A DNA stretch of 33,797 bases from Candidatus Binatia bacterium (GTDB lineage Bacteria > Desulfobacterota > Binatia > UBA9968), in the NCBI GenBank assembly GCA_044869705.1, contig JBIOXP010000115.1, forward strand, positions 1 through 33,797. The letters are read 5' to 3'. The translations under genes and the position numbers were made by a program. Below, in pieces: positions 16,906 through 28,421 of the stretch. Position 1 is the stretch's first letter, and each line of letters begins with the position of its first letter. The notes under the pieces are model-generated. The model saw only the letters and a program-made list of their open reading frames with translations, ran no database searches and was not told where the DNA came from.

Positions 16906-19182
16906 ATGAAATGCGCCCGGCAATTCGCCCGAGTCGTCGTGCCGGGTCCCTTCAAAGAGCCCCTCATTTACGGCGTACCTGAATCGTTGCAGGAGCGAAT
17001 TGTTCCCGGTCTCAGAGTCATGGTGCCTTTGCACAAGAGGACCGTGACCGGCATTGTTTTGGAATCGATCTCCGAAAACTTTTTAATTCAGACCAAAGAC
17101 ATTGTCGGGTTGCTCGACGATAAGCCATTTCTTGATGCTCATTTGCTCCAGCTCGCCAAATGGATTTCGCGGTACTACATCGCACCGCTCGGCGAGGTAA
17201 TCGCCTCGATGCTGCCGCCAAACTCACGCCGGCAAAGTCAAAAGGTAATCATACTCAAGCAAGTCAAGGCCAGCGTTAGCGACGACCTTGGTGATAAGGT
17301 TCTCCGCACATTAAGGCAGCATAAAGGCAAGATGCCGAATGCCGCGTTGAAGCGCGCGGTTCCCGACGTCGCGCTGCCTGTCGTACTCGCCCGCTTGGAG
17401 TCTCGGGGAATCGTCGAGATCAAAGATCACCTGCCGATGCAACGAAGCAGCAAAGGCCACGCTTCGCCCATCGCAATAGAGCCCACGACGAATGGGCTGG
17501 GAAAGTTTCGCCTCACTCTGGAGCAGAACACTGCGCTCCACGCCATACAGAATCGCATCAGCCGCGGCGGATTCGAGACCTTTTTGCTCCATGGTGTAAC
17601 CGGTAGCGGCAAAACCGAAGTTTATCTGCGGGCTGCGGAACGGACCAAAGCGCTTGGCCGACGAAGCCTCATTCTAATTCCGGAAATTTCACTCACGCCC
17701 CAGCTGCTGGACCGCGTGAAGGCGCGCTTCCCGAACAAGACCGGCATCCTGCACAGCGCGCTCACGGCCGCTGAGCGCTTGGCCCAATGGCGCCAAGTCG
17801 CACGGGGAGATGTCGATGTCGTCATCGGCGCGCGGTCGGCGGTGTTTGCGCCGATCCCTAATCTGGGACTGATCGTGGTCGACGAAGAACACGATCCCTC
17901 CTACAAACAGGAGGAGACGCTTCGATATAACGGCCGGGACGTTGCGGTGCTTCGCGGCAAACTGTTGGAATGTCCGGTAATACTGGGCTCAGCGACACCG
18001 GCTTTGGAAACGTACGAGAACTGCAGGCAAGGGCGTTACCGGCTTTTGGAGATCACGCAACGAGTAGAACAGCGGCCGCTGCCGTCGATCGAGCCGATCG
18101 ATCTGCGCAGACGAGTGCAGTCGAACGGCTCCGGCACGGTCAGGACGGTAGAGCGGGAGTCCTTGGCTCCTGGCCGACAACTTTTCTCGGACGAGCTGGT
18201 AGAAGCACTCAACGACAATTTCGCTTGCGGGCACCAAACCTTGATTTTCCTCAACCGCAGAGGCTTCGCCAATTTCGTCCAATGCCGTAGGTGCGGGTAC
18301 GTCTGGCGCTGTCCTCACTGTAGCATCACCCTCACACTGCATCTGCAGCAAAACAGGATGTCATGTCATCATTGTGATTACCGGCGCCCGCTGACCGACA
18401 GTTGCCCGGAGTGCGGCGACGACACGCTTTCGGGCGTTGGCAGCGGCACAGAGCGAGTTGAACAGGCTCTCAAGCAGCTCGTACCCGAGGCCAGAGTAGC
18501 GCGCATGGATAGGGATACTACGCACGGGCGCGGTTCACACGAAGAACTGATTCGACGTTGGGAAAGGGGCGACATCGATATACTTGTCGGGACGCAAATG
18601 GTGACCAAGGGCCATGATGTTTTTGGCGTCACCCTGGTCGGTGCTCTGCTCGCCGATTTGTCGCTCAATATGCCGGACTTTCGCGCGGCGGAGCGAACAT
18701 TTCAGCTTTTGAGCCAGGTCGCCGGCCGTTCGGGCCGCGGCGATAATCCGGGGCGGGTCATTGTCCAAACGTATTCGCCCGATCATTACGCGATCCGATA
18801 TTTAACCGCCCACGATTACCGCGGATTTTTTACCGCCGAGCGCGAGTTTCGCCAGGCTCTGAATTACCCGCCATTCAGTCGCCTGGTCAATTTGCGCGTC
18901 GACGGTCCGAAGCTCGCCGACGTAGAGAACAAGGTCCGCTGGTTGGCGGCTCGGTTGCGCGCGCTGCAAAGTCGCAATCCGGAAATTTACCATCAGGTCG
19001 AAGTCCTCGGCCCCGCAGCAGCACCCATTGAAAAACTCCGCGACCGCTACCGCTGGCAGCTTCTTCTGCGTAGTAAGCACAGCTCGCGCCTGTTGAAGCT
19101 CGCGCGCGCGGCCAGGGAAGCGCTGCCAAACTCGCGTTCGGCGCGGCTCCACATTGATGTCGATCCATACAGTATGTTATGA
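16906..19182 (+). CDS. priA: Primosomal protein N' (replication restart helicase)
   Basis: GVTGSGKTEVY, DEEHD, four CxxC pairs (CRRC, CPHC, CHHC, CPEC), QVAGRSGR, DVDPYS. Confidence 0.98.
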   Translation: MKCARQFARVVVPGPFKEPLIYGVPESLQERIVPGLRVMVPLHKRTVTGIVLESISENFLIQTKDIVGLLDDKPFLDAHLLQLAKWISRYYIAPLGEVIASMLPPNSRRQSQKVIILKQVKASVSDDLGDKVLRTLRQHKGKMPNAALKRAVPDVALPVVLARLESRGIVEIKDHLPMQRSSKGHASPIAIEPTTNGLGKFRLTLEQNTALHAIQNRISRGGFETFLLHGVTGSGKTEVYLRAAERTKALGRRSLILIPEISLTPQLLDRVKARFPNKTGILHSALTAAERLAQWRQVARGDVDVVIGARSAVFAPIPNLGLIVVDEEHDPSYKQEETLRYNGRDVAVLRGKLLECPVILGSATPALETYENCRQGRYRLLEITQRVEQRPLPSIEPIDLRRRVQSNGSGTVRTVERESLAPGRQLFSDELVEALNDNFACGHQTLIFLNRRGFANFVQCRRCGYVWRCPHCSITLTLHLQQNRMSCHHCDYRRPLTDSCPECGDDTLSGVGSGTERVEQALKQLVPEARVARMDRDTTHGRGSHEELIRRWERGDIDILVGTQMVTKGHDVFGVTLVGALLADLSLNMPDFRAAERTFQLLSQVAGRSGRGDNPGRVIVQTYSPDHYAIRYLTAHDYRGFFTAEREFRQALNYPPFSRLVNLRVDGPKLADVENKVRWLAARLRALQSRNPEIYHQVEVLGPAAAPIEKLRDRYRWQLLLRSKHSSRLLKLARAAREALPNSRSARLHIDVDPYSML

Positions 19183-19194
19183 ATTTTTCTAGTT

Positions 19195-19737
19195 ATGGCG
19201 ATCTTGGAGATTTTGAAATACCCCGATCCAGTGCTGCATAAAGTCGCCGCGCCGGTTAAAAATATTAGCGGAGAAACAGCGCAGTTGATCGAGGACATGC
19301 TCGATACGATGTACGCCGCGCCTGGCGTCGGCCTAGCCGCGCCGCAAATCGGTGCTTCCGAGCGCATCCTCGTCATGGATGTCGATCATGAAAACCCGCG
19401 CAAGCAAGTTTACAAGCTTATCAACCCGGTGATTACCCGGGCCGAAGGCGAAGTCATTTGGGAGGAAGGCTGCTTGAGCGTCGTCGATTTTACCGCCGAG
19501 GTTCGGCGCGCAGCTCAGGTCGAAATCGTTGCGCTCGATGAACATGAGAAGGAAGTCAAAATCGCAGCCGATGGGCTTCTCGCAGTGGCACTGCAACACG
19601 AGATCGATCATCTCGATGGCAAACTATTCATCGACCGCATCAGCCGTCTCAAGCGTGATCTCTATACGCGCAGGCGAAAGAAGATGTTGAAAACCGGCGC
19701 GGAGCCACCCCAAGAAAGCGCGCGGGTAATGATCTGA
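19195..19737 (+). CDS. def: Peptide deformylase
   Basis: GVGLAAPQIG, EGCLS, QHEIDHLDG. Confidence 0.98.
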   Translation: MAILEILKYPDPVLHKVAAPVKNISGETAQLIEDMLDTMYAAPGVGLAAPQIGASERILVMDVDHENPRKQVYKLINPVITRAEGEVIWEEGCLSVVDFTAEVRRAAQVEIVALDEHEKEVKIAADGLLAVALQHEIDHLDGKLFIDRISRLKRDLYTRRRKKMLKTGAEPPQESARVMI

Positions 19738-19789
19738 AGCGCGCGCCTGCGTCCGCAACACAACCTCGCTAACACTTAGCGGATCGTCA

Positions 19790-20731
19790 ATGTCACTGGA
19801 GTGGCCGATCGTTTTCATGGGCACGCCCGAGATCGCCGCCGCAACGCTCGATTCGTTGTTTGGATCACCCGATCGGATCGTCGGCGTGGTGACCCAACCC
19901 GACCGTCCATCCGGCCGCGGCCAACGGCCGGTCCGATCGCCGGTCCGGAAACTGGCCGAAGCTCATGGCGTTCCCGTGATCACGCCCGAGAAGGTCAGGG
20001 GAGCGGAAGTGCTCGAGACGCTACGCGCGTGGCGCCCGCAAGTGATCGTGGTGGTCGCCTACGGACGGATTCTCCCGAAAACCATTTTGGATTTGCCGCC
20101 ATACGGTTGTCTCAATGTTCACTATTCGCTGTTACCGAAATATCGCGGCGCGGCTCCAGCGGCATGGACCATCATCAACGGAGAAGAGCAGGGCGGCGTG
20201 ACGACCATGAAGCTGGTGGAGAAGATGGATGCTGGACCAATTTACCTCCAGGAAGCAGTGCCGCTCGCGCCTGACGAAACGACGGGCTCGTTGCAAAAAA
20301 AACTTGCGCCGATCGGCTGCCGCGTGCTTGCGGAGACGATCCGCAGGCTCAAAGAAGGGTCTCTGCTCGCGAGAGAACAAGATGAATCCCGAATGTCCTT
20401 GGCGCCGATCCTGAAAAAAGAAGATGGACGCATCGATTGGCGCCGACCGGCCGTCGAAATCGAGCGGCGCGTACGCGGTCTGGATCCCTGGCCGGGGAGT
20501 TTCACCTATCTAGAAGGGCGTTTACTCAAGGTGCACCGGACTGTGGTCGTCAGCGAGCATCGCTCGGGCGAGCCCGGCGAAATCGTTCGCGCCGATAGCG
20601 GTGGATTTTGGATCGCCACATCAACCGGCGTCATCGGCCTCGAAGAGGTTCAACTGGAGAACAGGAAAAAACTACCAGGCTTGGAGTTTCTCAGAGGTGC
20701 GCGGGTGGCAACCGGTGATCGCCTTGGCTGA
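19790..20731 (+). CDS. fmt: Methionyl-tRNA formyltransferase
   Basis: FMGTPE, TQPDRPSGRG, NVHYSLLPKYRGAAP, MDAGPI. Confidence 0.97.
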   Translation: MSLEWPIVFMGTPEIAAATLDSLFGSPDRIVGVVTQPDRPSGRGQRPVRSPVRKLAEAHGVPVITPEKVRGAEVLETLRAWRPQVIVVVAYGRILPKTILDLPPYGCLNVHYSLLPKYRGAAPAAWTIINGEEQGGVTTMKLVEKMDAGPIYLQEAVPLAPDETTGSLQKKLAPIGCRVLAETIRRLKEGSLLAREQDESRMSLAPILKKEDGRIDWRRPAVEIERRVRGLDPWPGSFTYLEGRLLKVHRTVVVSEHRSGEPGEIVRADSGGFWIATSTGVIGLEEVQLENRKKLPGLEFLRGARVATGDRLG

Positions 20732-22082
20732 AAAGCCTCGACCGAGCGTTCGCGCTCGCGCGGCTGAAATTCTCGCCCAGGTCGATACGCAGAAGGCTTA
20801 TGCCGACATCTTGCTCGATCGAGCGCTCAAGACTGGTGTTATGGATGAGCGCGATCGAGCTCTTCTCACTGAAATCGTCTATGGCACTCTCCGGTGGCGC
20901 GGGAAAATTGACGCAGAATTGGCTAAATATTTGAACCGCGCTCTTTCTCGGACGGATGCGCGGATTCGCAATTTACTGCGTCTGACCTGTTATCAGCTGC
21001 TCTTTCTCGATCGCGTTCCGGACTACGCCGCTGTGAGCGAAGCTGTAGAAACAGCCAAGCTCTATGGAGGTAAAAAAACCGCCAGTTTTATCAATGGCGT
21101 GCTGCGCAATTTGCTTCGGGGCAAACCTCCTAACCCGATCCGTTCGGAAAACCAGTCGAGCGCGTCTCTCGCCGACGAATATTCCCATCCCGAGTGGCTG
21201 GTGAAAATGTGGACGGCACAATTCGGTCTCGAGGCCGCAGTCAGCCTGATGCGCGCCAACAACGAAAAACCGCCTTTGGTGGTGCGTGCCAACTCGCTAA
21301 AGCGTAACAGGGAACAGTTGTTGGAGTTCTTGCTAAAAGCCGGCGTTACGGCCAAGCCGACCCGCCAATCACCGCAAGGAGTTGTTATCCAATCAGCCGG
21401 CGCCGTTGAAAAGCTTCCCGGGTTCGCAGAAGGTTTGTTTCAGGTGCAAGGGGAGTCTTCTCAAATGATCGCGGCACTGCTGTCAGCTATGCCAGGAGAA
21501 CGGGTGCTTGACGCCTGTGCCGCACCGGGCGGTAAAGCGACACACATTGCCGAGACCATGGAAGATAGAGGCGAGATTATCGCGATCGACAAATCGGCTG
21601 CGGGAATTGACAAACTTCGCGAGAACCTGATGCGTTTGGGCATCAACTCCGTTCGGCCCTATCGAGCTGACGTGAGCCGCGAACTCGACGATGATTTCAG
21701 CGGGCCGTATGACCGCATAATTGTCGATGCGCCCTGCAGCGGCTTCGGCACCCTGCGCTCACATCCCGAAATCAAATGGCATCGCGACCCCGCAGATGTT
21801 TGCCGACTCGGGGCGTTGCAGTCAAAGATTCTCGACTGCGTCGCTCCGCATCTAAAAGTTGGTGGAATCCTTGTCTATGCGACCTGCACCTTGACGGCGG
21901 AGGAAAACGAGCGCAACGTGGAATCCTTTCTCGCCCGTCATCCCGGGTTTGAGTTGGAAATTGCCGCAGGCTATCTTCCCGACGAGGCACAACAGATGAC
22001 CCGCGCGAACTACTTCGAGGCGCTGCCGAGCCGGGATGATACGGACGGATTTTTTGCCGCGCGCATGAAAAGGATTTCCTGA
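20724..22082 (+). CDS. rsmB: 16S rRNA m5C967 methyltransferase RsmB/Sun
   Basis: NusB-like N-terminus (FINGVLRN), YSHPEWL, DACAAPGGK, DAPCSGFG, YATCT. TTG 20724 follows SD-like GGTGATC (GTG 20715 alternative). Confidence 0.93.
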   Translation: MAEKPRPSVRARAAEILAQVDTQKAYADILLDRALKTGVMDERDRALLTEIVYGTLRWRGKIDAELAKYLNRALSRTDARIRNLLRLTCYQLLFLDRVPDYAAVSEAVETAKLYGGKKTASFINGVLRNLLRGKPPNPIRSENQSSASLADEYSHPEWLVKMWTAQFGLEAAVSLMRANNEKPPLVVRANSLKRNREQLLEFLLKAGVTAKPTRQSPQGVVIQSAGAVEKLPGFAEGLFQVQGESSQMIAALLSAMPGERVLDACAAPGGKATHIAETMEDRGEIIAIDKSAAGIDKLRENLMRLGINSVRPYRADVSRELDDDFSGPYDRIIVDAPCSGFGTLRSHPEIKWHRDPADVCRLGALQSKILDCVAPHLKVGGILVYATCTLTAEENERNVESFLARHPGFELEIAAGYLPDEAQQMTRANYFEALPSRDDTDGFFAARMKRIS

Positions 22083-22088
22083 AAGAGC

Positions 22089-22748
22089 ATGATAAAAATC
22101 GCGCCATCGATACTCTCAGCGGACTTTAGCCGGCTCAAGGACGAAATTGCCGCCGTTGAAGCAGCGGGCGCGGACTGGCTGCACGTCGACGTCATGGACG
22201 GCCATTTCGTGCCGAACATCACCATCGGCCCTGTGGTCGTGGAATCCGTGCGCAAAGTCACCAAGATCCCTGTCGACGTTCATCTGATGATTACCGATCC
22301 GGATAAATACGCGCCGGAATTCATCAAAGCCGGCGCCGATTGGGTATCGATTCATCCCGACACTTGTCCGGATCCGAGCGCGACCCTGGAACGCATTCGC
22401 GAACTGGGCGCCAAGTCCTCCGTCGCTGTAAACCCGGATGTGCCTTTGAGCAAAGTTGACTTCTGCTTCGACCACATCGACATGATTTTGATCATGACCG
22501 TTTTTCCCGGTTTTGGCGGACAGGCGTTCATCCCCGACGTTCTGCCCAAAATCGCTCAGGTCAAACAAGCTTTTGATCAACGCCGATTAGAAATTCTGAT
22601 CGAAGTCGATGGCGGTATCAAAACCGACAATATTGGACGCGTGGTGGCTGCGGGCGGAGAGGTGATTGTTTCCGGGTCTGGAATATTCAAAACGCCCGAT
22701 TACGCCGCGACCGTCCGCCAGATGCGCCGTGCGATTCACGCCATTTAA
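22089..22748 (+). CDS. rpe: Ribulose-phosphate 3-epimerase
   Basis: IAPSILSADF, HVDVMDGHFVPN, DVHLM, PGFGGQ, EVDGG. Confidence 0.98.
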   Translation: MIKIAPSILSADFSRLKDEIAAVEAAGADWLHVDVMDGHFVPNITIGPVVVESVRKVTKIPVDVHLMITDPDKYAPEFIKAGADWVSIHPDTCPDPSATLERIRELGAKSSVAVNPDVPLSKVDFCFDHIDMILIMTVFPGFGGQAFIPDVLPKIAQVKQAFDQRRLEILIEVDGGIKTDNIGRVVAAGGEVIVSGSGIFKTPDYAATVRQMRRAIHAI

Positions 22749-22832
22749 CGAGAACTCCATCCGGTGATTTGTTGGGGAAAAGCCGCGGCGCAGCTGTTGT
22801 TTTCTGTTTTTTGTGTGTTAGTTTGAGCCCGT

Positions 22833-22909
22833 CGGGGCGTGGCTCAGCTTGGTAGAGCGCACGGTTCGGGACCGTGAAGTCGGTGGTTCAAATCCACTCG
22901 CCCCGACCA
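22833..22909 (+). tRNA. tRNA-Pro (anticodon CGG)
   Basis: Acceptor CGGGGCG/CGCCCCG plus ACCA, D arm, anticodon stem CACGG-TTCGGGA-CCGTG, T loop TTCAAAT; 77 nt. Confidence 0.97.
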
Positions 22910-22975
22910 CTTCCTGTTTTTTTATCTCACAAAGAAATTTCGTTTTGCGAGAACGGCCGAGATAGAGAAGCGCGC

Positions 22976-23245
22976 TCAATTCTCACGTTTGGCGTTCAGG
23001 ATGTATCGAACCAGCAGGGTAGCACGGTCACCGTTTTGCGTTTCCTCCAGGATCGCGTCACCGGGCCGCATCATTCGCGTCATGATTTCGTGACACTTGG
23101 GTACTCGAAGATTGGTTTTTGAACCGCCCCCCAATTCGGCAAACAGATTTCCCGATTCGACATCGACATAAGTCATGCCTTTGTGCCGCGCCGCGCTCAA
23201 CACCGCCAAAAGCTTGTTTCGAAAGTCCCATTCAGTGGGTTCCAT
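22976..23245 (-). CDS. Small hypothetical protein (89 aa)
   Basis: GGAGG SD before ATG 23245; MEPTEWDFRNKLLAVLSAARHKG...RVPKCHEIM...RPGDAILEE...LLVRY looks globular. Confidence 0.7.
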   Translation of the reverse strand: MEPTEWDFRNKLLAVLSAARHKGMTYVDVESGNLFAELGGGSKTNLRVPKCHEIMTRMMRPGDAILEETQNGDRATLLVRYILNAKREN

Positions 23246-23603
23246 GCTTCCTCCGACTTGCTCGCTTGAATTGAGCCATGCTAGCACAACCACGTGCAAA
23301 AACTACCACCCAAAGCGCTCCGGGCTTGCTCTCCCGTAAATATATCGCCTGCGCGATTCTTGGATAACGCGTTGGGTCGTCGTCCGATCGAGCGTACGCT
23401 GCATAATCGTCGCAATCGCAATAGTTGCATCCGGCGAGGTCAAGCTGATTCGCAGGAATCGGAACGCGATGAATGCTGGCAGTATAACAAATTCTGAATG
23501 AGAAAGTTTATTCCCGGTGGTGCTAATGGCGCTGATCAGCTCCGGCGAAGCTTGGTCGAGTTTTCAAACCGTCACGTAATCACCGGCTGAGATCCGATTT
23601 GAA

Positions 23604-24050
23604 TTAGAGCTCACCAGTAGGCAGCGCCACGGTTTCGTCTGTCACACGGTTTGAAAACTCTCGCTCGCCAAAGTTATGGCGGATCACTTTCTGCACATCA
23701 TGGTAGGTAATCGGTTTTTTCAAACAGATTTGAATCCCACGCGCTTTCAAATCGTACATTTCAGAATAAGGATGATTTCCTTCCATCGCGATCACCAGCG
23801 CGTCCGTCGTGTTCGCTGCATGACGTACAATGGATCTCCATTCAGGAGTGTCGAGGTCCACGATCACGGCCGAGACTTTGGCTATTTGATCCAGATACGA
23901 AAGCGTGGCTCGGAAACTCGGTGCTTGAAAAACGCGGTAACCATCATAGCTTAACAATGAGGCCAGCGCCGCCCGGGCGAAGGGATGTCGGTCGGCGACG
24001 ATAATCGTCAGATCCGCTGGACCGGATTCAATTTTTATTCCGCTACGCAT
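23604..24050 (-). CDS. Stand-alone, atypical response regulator receiver-domain protein
   Basis: IIVADRH, GYRVFQA, AVIVDLD (phospho-Asp position), CLKKPI; GGAGG SD. Confidence 0.8.
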   Translation of the reverse strand: MRSGIKIESGPADLTIIVADRHPFARAALASLLSYDGYRVFQAPSFRATLSYLDQIAKVSAVIVDLDTPEWRSIVRHAANTTDALVIAMEGNHPYSEMYDLKARGIQICLKKPITYHDVQKVIRHNFGEREFSNRVTDETVALPTGEL

Positions 24051-24087
24051 TTATCCTCCAGCCGACAAAAGCTTTGCCGGCTCTAAG

Positions 24088-24103
24088 AGCAATCGGAATG
24101 CCG
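24088..24103 (-). promoter_or_regulatory. Sigma54 (-24/-12) promoter of the receiver gene
   Basis: Minus strand CGGCATTCCGATTGCT (GG-N10-GC, TTGCT), ~38 bp upstream of the ATG. Confidence 0.65.
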
Positions 24104-24349
24104 CGCATCGTGCGTCAACGCCGAGCTTTAGCGGGCTCAATGCAACCACCGGAAATTTCGCCCTTTAGGGTGAATTTTGTTTCGACTTGCCGCAGTAAAA
24201 GAGCGCAGAAGCAGACCGCCAAATTTGACAAAACTGAGCCTCTTTTTCAGTAACCGTCGGTCTGCACAGGTTTGCTTCCCTGGGGAGCCGTTACGGATTC
24301 TCAAACGCCGTGAACCGAAACTCTGGCCGGCAGGTCCGTTAAGGAACGG

Positions 24350-25615
24350 CTAGACCGGACAGCTGCGAATTGCGCCGATTCTCTCAACGGGTGTCGGGTG
24401 CGAATAATGATAGGCGGAATACCAGGGATGCGGCGTCAAGTTCGACAGGTTCTTGATTGTCAGGTTGACCAACGCCTCTTCCATCGCTTTGCCGTCGCGC
24501 AATGTGACCGCGGCGAACTGGTCCGCTTCATACTCGTGCTTGCGCGACAACACATTCATCAGCGGTGCAAGATAGAACGTCGCCGGCCCAGACACCAAGC
24601 TGAACAAAACCAGCGCCGCATGATTCGATCGCTGCAGACCGAAAGCCGCAAACAGCGGATCATAATGCAGCAGCAAGCTCAGCAAGTACAGGCCGATCAG
24701 GAGAAAAACCGTTTGCACAATAAGCATCCGCACGATGTGCTTCAGTTTGTAGTGACCCATCTCATGGGCGAGCACCGCCAACCCTTGATTGATGGTCATT
24801 TGCTCGAGCAATGTATCGAACAAAACGATCCGTTTCGAACGACCCAAACCCGTGAAGTACGCGTTCGAATGAGCCGACCGCTTGGACCCGTCCATGGTAT
24901 AGATGCCGCTGGTTTTAAATCCGAGTTGCTTCGCCAGCGCCAGAATTCGATCGCGCAGCTCGCCTGCGGGAAGCGGCTCGAATTTGTTGAACCAGGGTGC
25001 GATGAAAGTAGGGAATATGACGATCATCAAAAGCTGGAAACCTAAAATGAAGCCGAACGCCCAAACCCACCAGTAAGGTCCCATCGCGTTCATTAACCAG
25101 AGCACAACGAACAAGAACGGCACACCGATCAGTACGCCCAGCACGACGGCTTTGAGTTTATCGAGAAGATAAAGGCCAGCCGTCGTCTTGTTAAAACCGA
25201 ACTTTGCTTCCAGATAAAACGTCGAGTAAATACTGGTCGGCAGGCTTGCCAGCGAAAATACCAACGCGACCGCAAGGCAGAATAAAATGCCCACGCCGTA
25301 GACGCCGAACGAGTAGCGCTGCGCAACTGCGCTCGCCATTCGATCCAAGCTGACCAGCAATCCACTGAACAGAACGAAGAGCGTGACGGCTCGACCGTAG
25401 ACTTCGGTCCACCGGCCAAAGCAGCCTCTTGCAAGAGTATATTGGACCGAGCGCTCGTAGTCTTCGGCACCAATTTTATCGCGGAAACAATCCGGGATTT
25501 TTTTCTCCGCCCAGCGCGCCCGAACGTAGCGCAAATTCAATTCGTTCAGAATAAATTCGATGCAGAATTCGACTAGGAACAAAACCAGGAAGAGCGCGAT
25601 GATGAACTTTTCCAT
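24350..25615 (-). CDS. M48 family zinc metalloprotease, Ste24/CAAX-protease-like
   Basis: Multiple TM helices, DGSKRSAHSNAYFTG, RIVLFDTL, HEMGH, EYEAD, YSHP. Confidence 0.95.
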   Translation of the reverse strand: MEKFIIALFLVLFLVEFCIEFILNELNLRYVRARWAEKKIPDCFRDKIGAEDYERSVQYTLARGCFGRWTEVYGRAVTLFVLFSGLLVSLDRMASAVAQRYSFGVYGVGILFCLAVALVFSLASLPTSIYSTFYLEAKFGFNKTTAGLYLLDKLKAVVLGVLIGVPFLFVVLWLMNAMGPYWWVWAFGFILGFQLLMIVIFPTFIAPWFNKFEPLPAGELRDRILALAKQLGFKTSGIYTMDGSKRSAHSNAYFTGLGRSKRIVLFDTLLEQMTINQGLAVLAHEMGHYKLKHIVRMLIVQTVFLLIGLYLLSLLLHYDPLFAAFGLQRSNHAALVLFSLVSGPATFYLAPLMNVLSRKHEYEADQFAAVTLRDGKAMEEALVNLTIKNLSNLTPHPWYSAYHYSHPTPVERIGAIRSCPV

Positions 25616-25654
25616 CTGCGCGGATGAAATCCAGTGAACGGAAGAGGCTCCGGT

Positions 25655-27922
<2,268 letters not shown>

Positions 27923-27923
27923 T

Positions 27924-28238
27924 TTAAGCCTCTTCCATTGTGCATTTCAGCGGATACTCATGTTGACGCGCCAGATTTTCAACCAGCGCGACTTTGGTTT
28001 CGGCGATCTCGTAAGTGTAGACGCCGGCGACGCCAATGCCTTTCTTGTGCACGTGAAGCATGATCTGAACCGCCTCGGTCTGCTCCTTGTGAAAGACGTA
28101 TTGCAGGACCTGCACAACGAACTCTTTAGTTGTGTAATCGTCGTTGTGGAGCAGAACTTTATAGAGGGGAGGCCGCTTGACCTTTTTTTTGGTCTCGGTG
28201 ACCAGGCCGTGTTCAAATTCCGGATCTCTGCGGCTCAT
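27924..28238 (-). CDS. clpS: Clp protease adaptor ClpS
   Basis: YKVLLHNDDYTTKEFV, MLHVHKKG, EIAETKV, YPLKC. Confidence 0.97.
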   Translation of the reverse strand: MSRRDPEFEHGLVTETKKKVKRPPLYKVLLHNDDYTTKEFVVQVLQYVFHKEQTEAVQIMLHVHKKGIGVAGVYTYEIAETKVALVENLARQHEYPLKCTMEEA

Positions 28239-28421
28239 ACTGGACCCATTACCTTAACCGAGTGAAAATAAATCTAACACGCCGTTACACCCGCTCGCAA
28301 CGATCTCAAATCTAACGACGCATCGCACGATCATTAACTTGGCGAGCGCCGGATGCTATAGTGGGCCCGTCTGTGCCAAGCGACCTGCGCGCCCTTGTTA
28401 TCAATTCTTTGGAGGTGCCCC

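Noticed and set aside
22874-23122. 82-aa ORF overlapping the tRNA
   Set aside because: Starts inside tRNA-Pro and is antisense to a better-supported ORF.
24248-24330. ZTP (pfl) riboswitch suggested by a stem followed by GGGGAGC
   Set aside because: Lacks the GACTGG loop and GCC..CGCCTGGGC P3 element, and there is no downstream gene on that strand.
22833-24349. Genomic island or prophage integrated at tRNA-Pro
   Set aside because: No integrase and no duplicated tRNA 3' end found by eye; only two small genes follow.
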